Origin: Candidatus Caldarchaeales archaeon
GTDB lineage: Archaea > Thermoproteota > Nitrososphaeria_A > Caldarchaeales > Calditenuaceae
Direction of reading: 5' to 3'
Length of the DNA: 25,420 bases
NCBI GenBank assembly: GCA_032249095.1
Contig: JAVVGN010000019.1
Location: 1-25,420 of the forward strand
How positions within the stretch are numbered: position 1 is the first letter of the stretch; each line of letters begins with the position of its first letter. Both the position numbers and the translations under genes were made by a program. Below are positions 25,373 through 25,420 of this stretch, piece by piece. The notes under the pieces were generated by a model that was given only the letters and a program-made list of their open reading frames with translations, had not been told where the DNA came from and did not search any database.

Positions 25373-25420
25373 AGAGGTGGGAGCCTACCTCATAGTCGAC
25401 GAGGTCCAGTCAGGCTTTGG
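25347..25420 (+). CDS. Partial ORF with the class-III (PLP) aminotransferase mid-protein motif; apparently 5'-truncated, runs off the window
   Basis: The frame opened by stop 25287..25289 reads ...EFMRALEEGCREVGAYLIVDEVQSGFG. The (L/I)(I/V).DEVQ(T/S)GFG(RTG) block normally sits about 200+ aa into class-III aminotransferases. The first ATG is at 25347, and the upstream space is occupied by the SpeE-like gene in another frame. Confidence 0.45.
   Translation, partial: MRALEEGCREVGAYLIVDEVQSGF

Noticed and set aside
1-25420. A search for CRISPR arrays, tandem repeats, tRNA/rRNA genes (T-loop GGTTCGAATCC/GGTTCAAATCC-type motifs) and defence or toxin-antitoxin gene pairs.
   Set aside because: I saw no regularly spaced repeats, tRNA-like sequences or rRNA-like stretches. 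No ORF showed motifs of Cas, restriction-modification, Argonaute, abortive-infection or TA families. The scan was visual, so tRNAscan-SE, Infernal/Rfam and a defence-system profile search would be the decisive check.

Overview
This looks like an archaeal, crenarchaeote-like chromosome segment. The evidence is an archaeal-type SAM synthetase, NucS, Elp3 and an Sm-like protein, plus TATA boxes about 26-31 nt upstream of many start codons (often GTG/TTG), which suggests leaderless transcripts. Hand counts of single 60-nt lines give roughly 58-65% GC for the backbone. The backbone carries housekeeping genes: Sm-like protein, SAM synthetase, a nitroreductase-Elp3-NucS gene string, an EtfB-EtfA-FixCX operon, a SAM methyltransferase and a spermidine-synthase-like gene. 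Three things interrupt it. (1) A degenerate IS110-like transposase remnant lies at the 5' end. (2) A complete 695-bp IS6-like element has terminal inverted repeats and an exact 9-bp target duplication, but its transposase is frameshifted. (3) A ~9.5-kb low-GC island (about 14.95-24.49 kb; hand-counted lines 38-47% GC) carries a CoxG-like/FAD-linked oxidase/ornithine-cyclodeaminase-family operon, a decayed second copy of the FAD-linked oxidase, and a scrambled Liv-type (HAAT) amino-acid ABC transporter. The last 74 nt encode the mid-protein DEVQ.GFG motif of a class-III aminotransferase that has no room for its N-terminal half. I found no rRNA, tRNA, CRISPR array or recognisable defence system. 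The most unusual content is the mosaic low-GC island, the rearrangement scars inside it and at the window's 3' end, and an atypically expanded ETF system. All family assignments come from motif recognition by eye, not from database searches.
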